Source: Nitrospinia bacterium
GTDB taxonomy: Bacteria > Nitrospinota > Nitrospinia > Nitrospinales > JAJDAT01
DNA: 64,000 nucleotides
Assembly (NCBI GenBank): GCA_029261715.1
Contig: JAJDAT010000035.1
Coordinates: forward strand, 351-64,350
Reading direction: 5' to 3'
Made by a program: the position numbers and the translations under genes. Numbering within the stretch: the first letter of the stretch is position 1; each line of letters begins with the position of its first letter. This document shows, one piece after another, positions 18,403 to 29,256 of this stretch. A model generated the notes under the pieces. The model saw only the letters and a list, made by a program, of their open reading frames with translations. It ran no database searches and was not told the DNA's origin.

Positions 18403-18948
18403 TTGGAAATAAACGATCTTGTATATCAATCGGCGATAATAATCATCGGTCTAACAGCGGTTTGCGCGAGTTTGGGAGTTATCTTATGCTCGTCGCCAAT
18501 ATATAGCGCGTTATATTTGATCGGTAACATGGTTTGTTTGGCCATGCTTTACCTTTTGTACCACGCAGAATTTATTGCGGCTGTTCAAATAATCGTATAC
18601 GCGGGCGCTGTAATGATTTTATTTTTATTTATCATTGCGCTATTGGGCGGCAAAAAGGAATTGCAGGAACATACGCTGCAACGAACCATAGCTTTTGGGT
18701 TTGCCGGATTGTTATTTGGTGAGTTGCTGTTGGCCGCCACTGTTGGAGTGACTAAACCGATTGAAGGAATTTTTGATCCGGTTAATTTAAAGGTTATAGG
18801 CGGCGCCAAAGCCATTGGGCTTACTTTATATTCTAAACATTTAGTTCCTTTTGAATTAGCTTCCATATTATTGCTGGTAGCTACCATTGGGGTTATTTGT
18901 TTGGCTAAGTTTCCATTGAAACAAATCAAGAAAAGTTTAAATTCTTAG
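18403..18948 (+). CDS. nuoJ: NADH-quinone oxidoreductase subunit J
   Basis: 5-TM protein in the nuoJ position. TTG start 4 nt after GAGGA; the exact start is uncertain. Confidence 0.85.
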   Translation: MEINDLVYQSAIIIIGLTAVCASLGVILCSSPIYSALYLIGNMVCLAMLYLLYHAEFIAAVQIIVYAGAVMILFLFIIALLGGKKELQEHTLQRTIAFGFAGLLFGELLLAATVGVTKPIEGIFDPVNLKVIGGAKAIGLTLYSKHLVPFELASILLLVATIGVICLAKFPLKQIKKSLNS

Positions 18949-18962
18949 ATAGAGGAAGAAGA

Positions 18963-19262
18963 ATGGGTAATGAGTTTGTTTTGATTATTAGCGCATCCAT
19001 TTTTTGTATTGGCGCAACGGGTTTTCTTATTAGAAAAAATCCTCTAGTTATGTTTATGTCACTTGAGTTGATGCTAAATGCAGTCAATTTCCTCTTAGTG
19101 GGCTATTCACATTTTTTAAAGTCTTTGGATGGTCAGATTTTTGCTCTAATTGTTATGACTGTAGCGGCAGCCGAAGTTGTTGTTGGGTTGGGAATTATTT
19201 TGACTATTTTTCGGACTAGACACGAGCTTAATGTTGACGAGATTGACGCTTTGAAAGGATGA
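18963..19262 (+). CDS. nuoK: NADH-quinone oxidoreductase subunit K
   Basis: 99-aa 3-TM protein with membrane glutamates (SLELML, AAAEVVVGL). Confidence 0.9.
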   Translation: MGNEFVLIISASIFCIGATGFLIRKNPLVMFMSLELMLNAVNFLLVGYSHFLKSLDGQIFALIVMTVAAAEVVVGLGIILTIFRTRHELNVDEIDALKG

Positions 19263-19266
19263 TCGT

Positions 19267-21144
19267 TTGTTTTATACCTGGTTAATTTTAATTCTTCCTT
19301 TATTGGGCTTTGCTGGCTTGAGCTGGTTTGGCGATCGAATTCCCAAGAAATTAGTTGGACCGGTAGGCTGTGCGACAGTTGGCGGTTCTTTCTTTTTTAC
19401 TTTGGTTGCATTAGTCCATTTACTATCAATGGAAGCAGAGGAACGCGTTGGCAATGTGCAAACGCTTTATCACTGGATTCAATCGGGAAGTTTTAAATTA
19501 GATCTCGCCATTTTGATCGATCCACTTTCGATTTTCATGTTACTCGTGATTACCGGTGTTGGTCTGTTAATCCATATTTATTCTATTGGCTATATGGAGA
19601 AAGATCCTAATATAGATACTTTCTTCGCATATTTAAATCTGTTTATCTTTTCGATGTCGCTTTTAGTTTTAGCCGCAGATTTTTTCTTTTTGATAGTTGG
19701 TTGGGCTTTTGTAGGATTGGCCTCATATTTGTTAATCGGTTTTTGGACCGAGAAAAAAAGCGCAGTGTTTGCGGCGCGCAAAGCGTTTGTTATGAACGTG
19801 ATTGGCGATGTGGGAATGGTAATCGCCGCTTTCATGATATTTGAGAATTTTGGAACTATTGCATATTTGGATGTTTTTGCTCAGGCTCCAGAAAAGTTTT
19901 TACCAAATGACGACACTATGTTGTTGATCACTTTGTTTTTGCTAGTTGGAGCTTTTGCCAAATCCGCTCAAATTCCATTACATACATGGTTGCCCGACGC
20001 TATGGAAGGTCCAACTCCAGTGAGCGCGCTTATCCATGCTGCAACGATGGTGACGGCAGGCGTTTATTTAGTAGCTCGTTGTCATGTCTTATACGATTTA
20101 GCTCCTTATACCATGATGCTGGTTGCAGCTGTTGGAGTCGTAACGGCTCTCTTTGCCGGCTCAATGGGAATGGTTCAATATGATATTAAACGTGTAATAG
20201 CCTATTCGACCATGAGTCAGTTAGGTTATATGTTTTTGGCCGTAGGTATTGGCGTTTATTCTGTTGGTATGTTTCATTTAATGACTCACGCATTTTTCAA
20301 AGCCTTATTGTTTTTGGGAGCTGGAAGCGTAATTCATTCGATGAACGACGAACAAGATATTCGCAAGATGGGTGGCTTGAAAGAATCGATGCCCATAACT
20401 TACTATACCTTTTTAATTGGCACTCTAGCTTTATGCGGTTTCCCGTTAACTGCGGGATATTTTAGTAAAGAAGCGATCATTATGAGTTCCTGGTACGCCG
20501 ATGGGAGTAACCCTGTATTTTGGGCTTTAGCTATCGCAGGCGCTGGAATGACAGGGTTCTATGCGTTTCGTATTTTTTTCTATGCCTTTTTTGGAACTTG
20601 TCGAACTGCCGAAGCGCATCCTCATGAATCGCCAACTATAATGACTTACCCATTATTGATTTTAGCTTTTTTTGCGATTTTCGCTGGTTTTGGAGCTCCT
20701 TTAGCTCATTCATTTTTAGCTCCAGTTTTTGGAAACGTCATCCCAGAGCATCACACGAATGTCGCATTAGAAATTGTAGCCGTTGGCGTCGCTTTAAGCG
20801 GAATTATTGTTGCGGCTATCTTTTATGGCGAGGGCGGCAAGTCGGAAGAAAAACCCGATGGTCTTAAGCAATTGCTTGCTCCTATTCAAGACGTTTTGTT
20901 CCGAAAATATTATATCGATGAATTGTATGATGTTTTGATAGTTCAACCGGTAAAGAAAACCGGTGAGTTTATTTGGAACACTGGCGAGAAGAAGGGAATT
21001 GATTTTGTTGTCGACCAAGTTGGTTCGCAGGTTAAAGAAGTCAGCCACCTTTTGAGTATTTGGCAATCTGGAAAAGTAAGAGTCTACGCTTTAAATATGA
21101 TAGCTGGCGCTGTGTTTGTGCTTATCTTTGTAGTGTTTCTATAA
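19267..21144 (+). CDS. nuoL: NADH-quinone oxidoreductase subunit L
   Basis: 625-aa antiporter-like subunit with HAATMVTAGVYLVAR and a long C-terminal lateral-helix region. Confidence 0.95.
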   Translation: MFYTWLILILPLLGFAGLSWFGDRIPKKLVGPVGCATVGGSFFFTLVALVHLLSMEAEERVGNVQTLYHWIQSGSFKLDLAILIDPLSIFMLLVITGVGLLIHIYSIGYMEKDPNIDTFFAYLNLFIFSMSLLVLAADFFFLIVGWAFVGLASYLLIGFWTEKKSAVFAARKAFVMNVIGDVGMVIAAFMIFENFGTIAYLDVFAQAPEKFLPNDDTMLLITLFLLVGAFAKSAQIPLHTWLPDAMEGPTPVSALIHAATMVTAGVYLVARCHVLYDLAPYTMMLVAAVGVVTALFAGSMGMVQYDIKRVIAYSTMSQLGYMFLAVGIGVYSVGMFHLMTHAFFKALLFLGAGSVIHSMNDEQDIRKMGGLKESMPITYYTFLIGTLALCGFPLTAGYFSKEAIIMSSWYADGSNPVFWALAIAGAGMTGFYAFRIFFYAFFGTCRTAEAHPHESPTIMTYPLLILAFFAIFAGFGAPLAHSFLAPVFGNVIPEHHTNVALEIVAVGVALSGIIVAAIFYGEGGKSEEKPDGLKQLLAPIQDVLFRKYYIDELYDVLIVQPVKKTGEFIWNTGEKKGIDFVVDQVGSQVKEVSHLLSIWQSGKVRVYALNMIAGAVFVLIFVVFL

Positions 21145-21182
21145 AAATCTTTTTATTTTAAAATTTTAAACGTTCCCAAAAT

Positions 21183-22703
21183 ATGCTTGCTCTAATTGTT
21201 GCCATACCACTAATAGCCGCCATTGCATTGTTTAGGATTCCTTCTGAAAGCAAAGAATGGATTCGAAATATTGCTCTTGGATCTTCCGGCTTGGTTTTTC
21301 TTTTAGCGATGGGCATTTTCCTAGGTTTTGATTCTTCAAACTCTGCGATGCAGTTTGTGCACGAATGCGATTGGGTAAGCGTTTTAAATATTCAATTTAA
21401 GCTCGGGGTAGACGGCGTTAGCGTATTGATGGTTTTATTGACAGCCATTTTATCTTGCGCTTCCATTTTTTATTACTTAAACGAAAAAAACGTTTCGACT
21501 AATTTTCTTGCCTTGATGCTGGTATTGGAGGCTGGAATCCTTGGCGTTTTTATGGCGCTCGACACAGTTTTGTTTTATGTGTTTTGGGAAGTGATGTTGA
21601 TTCCCGCATATTTCTTAATTGGTCTTTGGGGCGAAGGGGATAGGATATACGCCACCACTAAATTTGTTATATTCACGTTGGTGGGAAGTCTTTTGATGCT
21701 AGTCGCCATTATTGGCGTTACGGTAGTGCATTACGAAGCTACGCATATTTTAACGTTTGATATTCAAACTCTCATACATACCGACATTCCTAAAGATAAA
21801 CAAATATGGATGTTTTTGTGTTTCTTTTTGGCTTTTGCGATAAAAATCCCAGTTTTCCCATTTCATAGCTGGTTGCCTCACGCTTATGGAGCCTGTCCTA
21901 TTCCTGTATTGGTTCTATTAACGGGCGCAATGTCAAAAACGGGCGCTTATGGTTTAATTCGTTTCTGTCTGCCGCTATTTCCTGAAGCCGCAGAGATGAT
22001 GGGGTTTGTAATTGCGGGTATGGCTGCCACAGGTATGGTTTACGGCGCTTGGATTGCGCTTGCGCAAAAAGATATTAAATCGCTTGTAGCATATTCCAGC
22101 ATAAGTCATCTAGGTTTTATTGTATTGGGGATTTTTGCGTTAAATGATCAAGGCCTTGATGGCAGCGTTTTACAAATGTTCAACCATGGGATTATTGCGG
22201 CGGCTTTATTTTTTATTGTCGATATTATCCAGAAAAAGTTGGGTACCCGAGATTTAACGGAGATGCGCGGTTTAAAAGGAAAAATGCCGATCTTGTATGG
22301 AATTTTTATGCTGGTTACTATGGCAGGGTTAGGACTTCCAGGGTTAAACGGTTTCGTCGGTGAGTTTCTAATTTTAGCGGGAGTTTGGACCTCTGCATCG
22401 ATGGCTGGATTAGGGGCTATATACGTTTTAATGGGATGTTTAACGATTACTTTTGCCGCCATTTATATGCTGTTTTTCTTTCAAGGCGCCATGCAGGAAA
22501 CAAATGAAAAACTGCCGGCAGATTTGGGCGATATCGACAAGAAACAAATTTATATGTTGTTGCCTGCTTGCTTCTTAATTGTCTTTATTGGTTTATTTCC
22601 AAAGCCTTTTGTCGATAAAATCTCACCCTCAATAAAACAAATTTTATCAGTAGAAAAGACCGTTAAAACTTCCAAAGGTTCTGATTCTGGCGCACACCAT
22701 TGA
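21183..22703 (+). CDS. nuoM: NADH-quinone oxidoreductase subunit M
   Basis: 506-aa antiporter-like subunit with FKLGVDGVSVLMVLLT and FPFHSWLPHAYG...SKTGAYG, typical of NuoM rather than NuoN. Confidence 0.9.
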   Translation: MLALIVAIPLIAAIALFRIPSESKEWIRNIALGSSGLVFLLAMGIFLGFDSSNSAMQFVHECDWVSVLNIQFKLGVDGVSVLMVLLTAILSCASIFYYLNEKNVSTNFLALMLVLEAGILGVFMALDTVLFYVFWEVMLIPAYFLIGLWGEGDRIYATTKFVIFTLVGSLLMLVAIIGVTVVHYEATHILTFDIQTLIHTDIPKDKQIWMFLCFFLAFAIKIPVFPFHSWLPHAYGACPIPVLVLLTGAMSKTGAYGLIRFCLPLFPEAAEMMGFVIAGMAATGMVYGAWIALAQKDIKSLVAYSSISHLGFIVLGIFALNDQGLDGSVLQMFNHGIIAAALFFIVDIIQKKLGTRDLTEMRGLKGKMPILYGIFMLVTMAGLGLPGLNGFVGEFLILAGVWTSASMAGLGAIYVLMGCLTITFAAIYMLFFFQGAMQETNEKLPADLGDIDKKQIYMLLPACFLIVFIGLFPKPFVDKISPSIKQILSVEKTVKTSKGSDSGAHH

Positions 22704-22750
22704 TCCCGTCAATGTTTCCTACCGTTTCCACTTTAATTAAAGTTTAATAC

Positions 22751-23449
22751 ATGAAACTGGGCGACCGTATTGAAAGCGGAGAGTTCCTGGAAAGGCCCAA
22801 TCGCTATCTTGCTCGAGTTAAGATAAACGGGGAAGAGCTGCAAGCCCATGTTCCAGACCCCGGTAGATTGCCAGGTTTGATGATTCCTGGAAGAGAAGCG
22901 CGTCTCATTTATAACCCGGGCCCCAAGAGAAAAACTTCTTATACCTTGGCGTTAATACGTCATGGAAATATTTGGGTGAGCGTTTATCCTGTTTTTGCCA
23001 ATAAACTAGTTGGGCAAGCGTTAGCCGAAAAACGGATCGACTGCTTCGACTCCTATAAAGACTTTCGCGCCGAAGCGAAAAAAGGTAAAAGTCGCTTTGA
23101 TTTTAGATTGGAATTTGACGACGATTCGATAGGGTTTGTTGAGGTAAAGTCTGTGAGTTTAGTGGAAGAAGGTACAGGAAAATTCCCAGATGCTCCTACG
23201 GAAAGAGGTCGTAAGCATTTACGAGAATTGATCGAGTTAAAGAAAGAAGGGTATCGATCTTCTGTAATGTTTGTTTCGCAACGATCAGATACGCGTAAAA
23301 TTATACCTAATGCGGAAATCGATCCAGAGTTTGCGGAAGTTTTGAAGGAGGCAGAGCAATGTGGAGTTGAATTATACGGTTATAATTGTCGTGTAACGAA
23401 GGACTCTGTATCTCTCAACCAAAGAGTCGAAGTTTCTACCGACTATTGA
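22751..23449 (+). CDS. sfsA: Sugar fermentation stimulation protein A homologue (SfsA nuclease-fold protein)
   Basis: 232 aa with RPNRYLA at the N-terminus and FVEVKSV ... ERGRKHLREL motifs. Confidence 0.85.
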   Translation: MKLGDRIESGEFLERPNRYLARVKINGEELQAHVPDPGRLPGLMIPGREARLIYNPGPKRKTSYTLALIRHGNIWVSVYPVFANKLVGQALAEKRIDCFDSYKDFRAEAKKGKSRFDFRLEFDDDSIGFVEVKSVSLVEEGTGKFPDAPTERGRKHLRELIELKKEGYRSSVMFVSQRSDTRKIIPNAEIDPEFAEVLKEAEQCGVELYGYNCRVTKDSVSLNQRVEVSTDY

Positions 23450-23928
23450 TAGAATGGCGAAAAATTTGGGATAACATACCAGTCGCCATCGTCAAGAATC
23501 CATTTTTGTTTGACAGTAATGGATTTAACCAGATTACTAGGTTGAACGACTACTTGGTATTGATGCGTGATTTCGGCTTCGTCAAAAGCTTCTTCTGGAT
23601 TTGGAAAAGCTTGTTTAACGGGAATACCTTTGCGAAAAAAAATAGCGCCGACTAAAGCCGCATCGCTAATGGTAACTCGTTTTTTAAACTCTCCCATGTT
23701 GACGAGACAATCTCCTCTTAAAGAAGAAATTACTAGTGATGTGCAGGCGCTTCGACTTTTGCTTTCAAAATTATTGTTGAAAACTCGAATACTATCCCAC
23801 AGCTTTTTCCGCGTCGCTAGGTACATTTTATCCATTGAGGCGCAAGCTGAAAAAGAAAAACTGGCAATCAACAAACAAAAAATAGTTTGGCGAATTGGTG
23901 GAGAAGATAATTTAAGTGGATTCTTCAT
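23443..23928 (-). CDS. Putative lipoprotein, unknown function
   Basis: I prefer the internal ATG (MKNPLKLSS...). Signal peptide with lipobox ...SFSAC. The listed longer start at 24003 adds a non-signal extension. Confidence 0.5.
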   Translation of the reverse strand: MKNPLKLSSPPIRQTIFCLLIASFSFSACASMDKMYLATRKKLWDSIRVFNNNFESKSRSACTSLVISSLRGDCLVNMGEFKKRVTISDAALVGAIFFRKGIPVKQAFPNPEEAFDEAEITHQYQVVVQPSNLVKSITVKQKWILDDGDWYVIPNFSPFYQ

Positions 23929-24057
23929 TGCTAGCGTAAAATAGTCGAGAAGGAAAGTTAGACCTTCATCGCGAGTTATTTGATAGAAACACCTGATAAT
24001 CAATTATATAAGATTTATTACTAAGTCGGTAATGTTTCATTTTAACTAGGAGAATCC

Positions 24058-24891
24058 GTGAAAAAAAAGCCTGTTAGAGGAGGGTTTCCTACAAGAAAAC
24101 CGAAAGGCTCAAATCCTAGAAAAAAAACTAGCGATGGGAAAGCGGCCGTTTGGGATCAAGTAGCGGCATGGTACGACGCTTTAGTGGGCGATACGGGGAG
24201 CGACTATCACAAAGAAGTAATAATGCCGGGCGTTCATAAATTGTTGGATTTGCCTGAAAAGAGTCAAGTGCTGGACTTGGCTTGCGGGCAAGGCGTGTTT
24301 TGTCGTTATTTGTCAAAAAAAAGTTTTTCGGTTCACGGGGTTGATGTTTCGCAAGAATTAATCGAACGCGCTCGTTCTCGATCGGATAAATTAATTCAAT
24401 ACACGTTGGCAGATGCAACTGCAGACGAATTTTTAAATGAACTCTCCTTCGATGCTGTTGTGTGTTTATTAGCGTTACAAAACATAGAAAAATTGGAATC
24501 GTTTTTTATTAACGTGTCGCGTCGTCTAAAGCCTGGTGGAAAATTTGTGGCAGTTGTGACTCATCCTTGTTTTAGAATTCCAAGGCAAACCCATTGGGGG
24601 TGGGATGAAAATAAACGGATGCAATATCGACGTATTGATCATTATGGAACAGAAATGGAAATTCCAATTATCGCTCCGCCGTTTTCAGATCCAGATAGAT
24701 TCACTGTTACCTATCATCGGCCTCTCCAATCTTATATTCAAGCTTTGGCAAAGGCGAATTTGTGGATAGACGGCTTAGAAGAATGGTCTTCTAATAAAGT
24801 TAGCGAACCTGGGAAAAGGTCGCGAGCAGAAAATAGAGCGCGGAAGGAAATTCCGCTATTTATGGCTTTCCGGGCTCGTCTTGCGCCGTAA
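24058..24891 (+). CDS. Class I SAM-dependent methyltransferase
   Basis: VLDLACGQGVF motif I. GTG start after AGGAG. Basic N-terminal tail. Confidence 0.8.
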   Translation: MKKKPVRGGFPTRKPKGSNPRKKTSDGKAAVWDQVAAWYDALVGDTGSDYHKEVIMPGVHKLLDLPEKSQVLDLACGQGVFCRYLSKKSFSVHGVDVSQELIERARSRSDKLIQYTLADATADEFLNELSFDAVVCLLALQNIEKLESFFINVSRRLKPGGKFVAVVTHPCFRIPRQTHWGWDENKRMQYRRIDHYGTEMEIPIIAPPFSDPDRFTVTYHRPLQSYIQALAKANLWIDGLEEWSSNKVSEPGKRSRAENRARKEIPLFMAFRARLAP

Positions 24892-24903
24892 AGAATTTGA
24901 TAT

Positions 24904-25998
<1,095 letters not shown>

Positions 25999-26140
25999 TT
26001 AAAACTGTTTTTAGCTACGAGTGGATCTTATGAAATAAGGACCTACGAATTACCGTAAGTAAAGATATTGAATTATTAGATATATCCTTAAAGTAAACGG
26101 TATTGGGGAATAGAAAACTTAGAGAATACTAACGGATATA

Positions 26141-27037
26141 CTACTTTAAAAGCGTATCTAAGATAGCTTTTTGGACGTGGAGTCGATTTTCGGCTTGATC
26201 GAAAATAATTGATTGAGGCCCGTCTAAAACTTCAGACGTGATTTCTTCATCTCGATGCGCTGGAAGGCAATGCATAACCAGTGCGTTTGGTTTTGCCGCT
26301 TTTAGAACGTTTTGATTGATTTGATAGTTCTTTAGTCGTTCTTTTTTTTCAGCGCCATTTTCATCACCCATGCTAACCCAAACATCGGTATATATGACAT
26401 CCGCGTCTTCGGCGGCTTTTAATGGATCTTCAAATAAATCCAATCGACCTGGTCCATCTAAGGTTTTCGGAATTTCTGGTCTTAAATCAGTTGGCGAAGC
26501 GATAGTTAGATGCATGTCCATCAATGTTGCGCCTAAAATCCAGGAATAAGCCACGTTATTCCCATCTCCGATATAAGCGACTTTTACCTTCTCAATTCTG
26601 TTCAGTTTTTCTTGTATCGTAAAAATATCGGTTAAGATTTGAACGGGGTGATTTAAGTCAGTTAATCCGTTAATAACCGGAATAGTTGCGTTTTTGGCGA
26701 ATTCTTCTAAGAATTCATGTTCGTGTGTTCGAATAAGAACCCCGTGAAGATATCGTGAAAGCACTTTGGCTGAGTCTGCTGCTGTTTCTTCACGTTTAAT
26801 TTGGAGTTGATCCGAACTTAAAAAAATAGCTTGGCCCCCTAGCTCATACATTCCCACTTCAAAAGAAATCCGCGTGCGAGTCGATTCTTTAGAAAAAATC
26901 ATTCCCAGAGATTTGCCTTCTAAGCTTTTATGAGGTTCTCCCTGGTTACGTTTTTCTTTAAGGAGAGCTGCTTTTTCAAAAAGAGACAGAACTTCTTTTT
27001 GGTTTATATCGTTTAAAGTAATTAAATCTTTTTTCAT
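26141..27037 (-). CDS. argF: Ornithine carbamoyltransferase
   Basis: STRTRISFE carbamoyl-phosphate motif, DVWVSMG, and HCLPAHR. Confidence 0.9.
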   Translation of the reverse strand: MKKDLITLNDINQKEVLSLFEKAALLKEKRNQGEPHKSLEGKSLGMIFSKESTRTRISFEVGMYELGGQAIFLSSDQLQIKREETAADSAKVLSRYLHGVLIRTHEHEFLEEFAKNATIPVINGLTDLNHPVQILTDIFTIQEKLNRIEKVKVAYIGDGNNVAYSWILGATLMDMHLTIASPTDLRPEIPKTLDGPGRLDLFEDPLKAAEDADVIYTDVWVSMGDENGAEKKERLKNYQINQNVLKAAKPNALVMHCLPAHRDEEITSEVLDGPQSIIFDQAENRLHVQKAILDTLLK

Positions 27038-27076
27038 CGTGTTACATACCTTGAGCTTTTTAGCTGTATTAATTTC

Positions 27077-28288
27077 TTAAAGTTTTTTAAGACTTTGCGA
27101 AAGAGTTTTTATAAGCCCATCAATTTCTTTTTTAGTGATGATTAATGGAGGTATGAATCTTAAAGTGTTTTGCTGCACGCAATTGATTAAGTATCCTTTT
27201 TCCATACAATCCATAATAACAGGGGCGGCTGGTTTACTAAGAGTTGCGGCCAACATCATGCCTCGGGATCTGACGTTCGTTATTACAGGGAATTTGGTTT
27301 TCAATTCTTCCAAGCAAGATTTAAAATAATTGCCAGTGTCTTTTGCTTTATCAAGGAAGCCTTGGCTTGTTAGAACTTTTAACGAAGCTAATGCGGCTGC
27401 GCACGATAGTGGGTTTCCTCCAAAAGTAGCGGCATGTGTTCCTGGAACAAAATGTTTCATTACTTTATTTGAGGCTCCGATAGCTCCAATGGGAACGCCG
27501 CCGCCAAGCGCTTTTGCCAAAATGATAACGTCTGGTTTGACGTTAAAAGTCTGATAAGCAAAAAGGTTTCCAGTTCTGCCAAATCCTGTTTGCACTTCGT
27601 CGAAAATTAAAAGCAGATCGTTTTCCGTACAAATCTTTTTTAAATCCCTTAGATATTTTTTATCCGAAATATTAACGCCACCTTCGCCTTGAATGGGTTC
27701 GACTAAAATTGCGCAAGTTTTTGAAGTCACCGCTTTTCTTGCCGCTTCTGCATCGTTGAATTCTACGTGTTTGAATCCAGATGGAAGAGGAGCAAAACCA
27801 TGATGAATTTTCTTTTGTCCCGTTGCCGCCATGCTTCCCAATGTGCGTCCATGAAAAGAGTTTTTCATGGCGATGATTTCGCCCCGGTTTTTATATCCTT
27901 TGTCGAAAGATGCTCGTCGCGCTAATTTAATGGCTGCTTCGTTTGCTTCCGCTCCGCTGTTACAGAAAAAGAACTTATCGGCGAAAGAATGTTTGCAAAG
28001 CTCTTCGGCCAGCAGAGACTGAGGTTCTATATGGTAAAGGTTCGACACATGAAGCAATTTACCCGCTTGTTCTCGAATGGCTTTTACGATTTCTGGATGG
28101 CAATGTCCCAAGTTGTCGACGGCCAAGCCAGCGACAAAATCTTTATATTTGTTGCCGGAACGATCCCAAACTTGAGTTCCCTTACCTTTGGTCAAAACGA
28201 TGGGAAACCGACCATAAGTTTGAGCTACGTATTTGGTTGTCAGTTTGATAATTTCGTCGTTTGTTTGCTTTGATTTAATCTTGGACAA
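27077..28288 (-). CDS. argD: Acetylornithine aminotransferase (class III PLP aminotransferase)
   Basis: DEVQTGFGRTG and the LAKALGGG PLP-lysine region. Adjacent to argF. Confidence 0.85.
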   Translation of the reverse strand: MSKIKSKQTNDEIIKLTTKYVAQTYGRFPIVLTKGKGTQVWDRSGNKYKDFVAGLAVDNLGHCHPEIVKAIREQAGKLLHVSNLYHIEPQSLLAEELCKHSFADKFFFCNSGAEANEAAIKLARRASFDKGYKNRGEIIAMKNSFHGRTLGSMAATGQKKIHHGFAPLPSGFKHVEFNDAEAARKAVTSKTCAILVEPIQGEGGVNISDKKYLRDLKKICTENDLLLIFDEVQTGFGRTGNLFAYQTFNVKPDVIILAKALGGGVPIGAIGASNKVMKHFVPGTHAATFGGNPLSCAAALASLKVLTSQGFLDKAKDTGNYFKSCLEELKTKFPVITNVRSRGMMLAATLSKPAAPVIMDCMEKGYLINCVQQNTLRFIPPLIITKKEIDGLIKTLSQSLKKL

Positions 28289-28397
28289 GTTCGTTTCCTT
28301 AAGTTTTGTTCTGGGGATAATTTCGAGCTAAAATATTATGGATTGGGAAATGAGAAATTTACCATAAAACTAAAGGGCTGGCAATCGTGGAAAGCCA

Positions 28398-29189
28398 ATG
28401 ATTTCTATGAGAAAAGTTATTAACTTGAAGATAAGCCATAAGTTGGGTTCACAATTACAGTTTTTCAAAGAAAAGTTTTATTCAAAGGCGCTTGATTTCT
28501 TTTTTCCGCAACCTTGTGTTTATTGCGATGCAAAACGAATTTCAGGAGGACCTTATCTTTGTGGAATGTGTCAGGACGCAATCCAATTTATTTCGTCTTC
28601 GTATTGTTATTTATGTGGAATTCCCGCGAATCTTTCTTATGAGGATTCTAAAGAAAAGTTTCTTTGCGGTTCTTGCCGGACAAAACCTCCTGTGTTTGAA
28701 AAAGCCAGATCCTTAGGTATTCACCAAGGAGTTCTTAGGAAGCTGATTCACGAATTGAAATATGGAATGCGTCCTGGAGTGATGAAAGAAATTCAACCGT
28801 TACTAGAGATTTATTTTTCAAATCGTAAATTGAAAGATTTTTATGTGACGCCAATCCCACTTCACCTGAAAAAATTAGAACAAAGAGAATTTGACCAAGC
28901 GTATCTAATTGGTCAAAAGGTTGCTGAAATTCTTGACCTTGCTTTTTTACCGGAAGTATTAGAAAGGACCGTAGAAACCCAACCTCAAGCGTCTCTTAAT
29001 AAACCAAACCGCCTAAAAAATGTTCGAGGCGCTTTTCGGTCTTTAAACGAAGAGAAAGTGCAAAGCCGGAATATTTTGTTAGTAGACGATGTTTTTACTA
29101 CGGGAGCCACATTGAACGAAGGTGCAAGAATCCTTAAACAAGCCAAGGCTAATCGTGTTTACGCATTTTCGTTGGCGCGGGCGAATTAA
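28398..29189 (+). CDS. comF: ComF family protein (phosphoribosyltransferase domain)
   Basis: N-terminal Cys-rich zinc-finger region and a C-terminal PRPP-binding LLVDDVFTTGAT. Confidence 0.8.
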   Translation: MISMRKVINLKISHKLGSQLQFFKEKFYSKALDFFFPQPCVYCDAKRISGGPYLCGMCQDAIQFISSSYCYLCGIPANLSYEDSKEKFLCGSCRTKPPVFEKARSLGIHQGVLRKLIHELKYGMRPGVMKEIQPLLEIYFSNRKLKDFYVTPIPLHLKKLEQREFDQAYLIGQKVAEILDLAFLPEVLERTVETQPQASLNKPNRLKNVRGAFRSLNEEKVQSRNILLVDDVFTTGATLNEGARILKQAKANRVYAFSLARAN

Positions 29190-29226
29190 AATAAAAAAAC
29201 GGCTACCTCTATAAAGAGATAGCCGT
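29190..29226 (-). terminator. Rho-independent terminator downstream of nhaD
   Basis: ACGGCTA..TAGCCGT with an extended stem (29199-29226). On the minus strand it is followed by a T-run (the plus-strand A-run at 29190-29199). Confidence 0.6.
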
Positions 29227-29256
29227 TCAATTAAGTGAAAACAATTTGCAAGTTAT

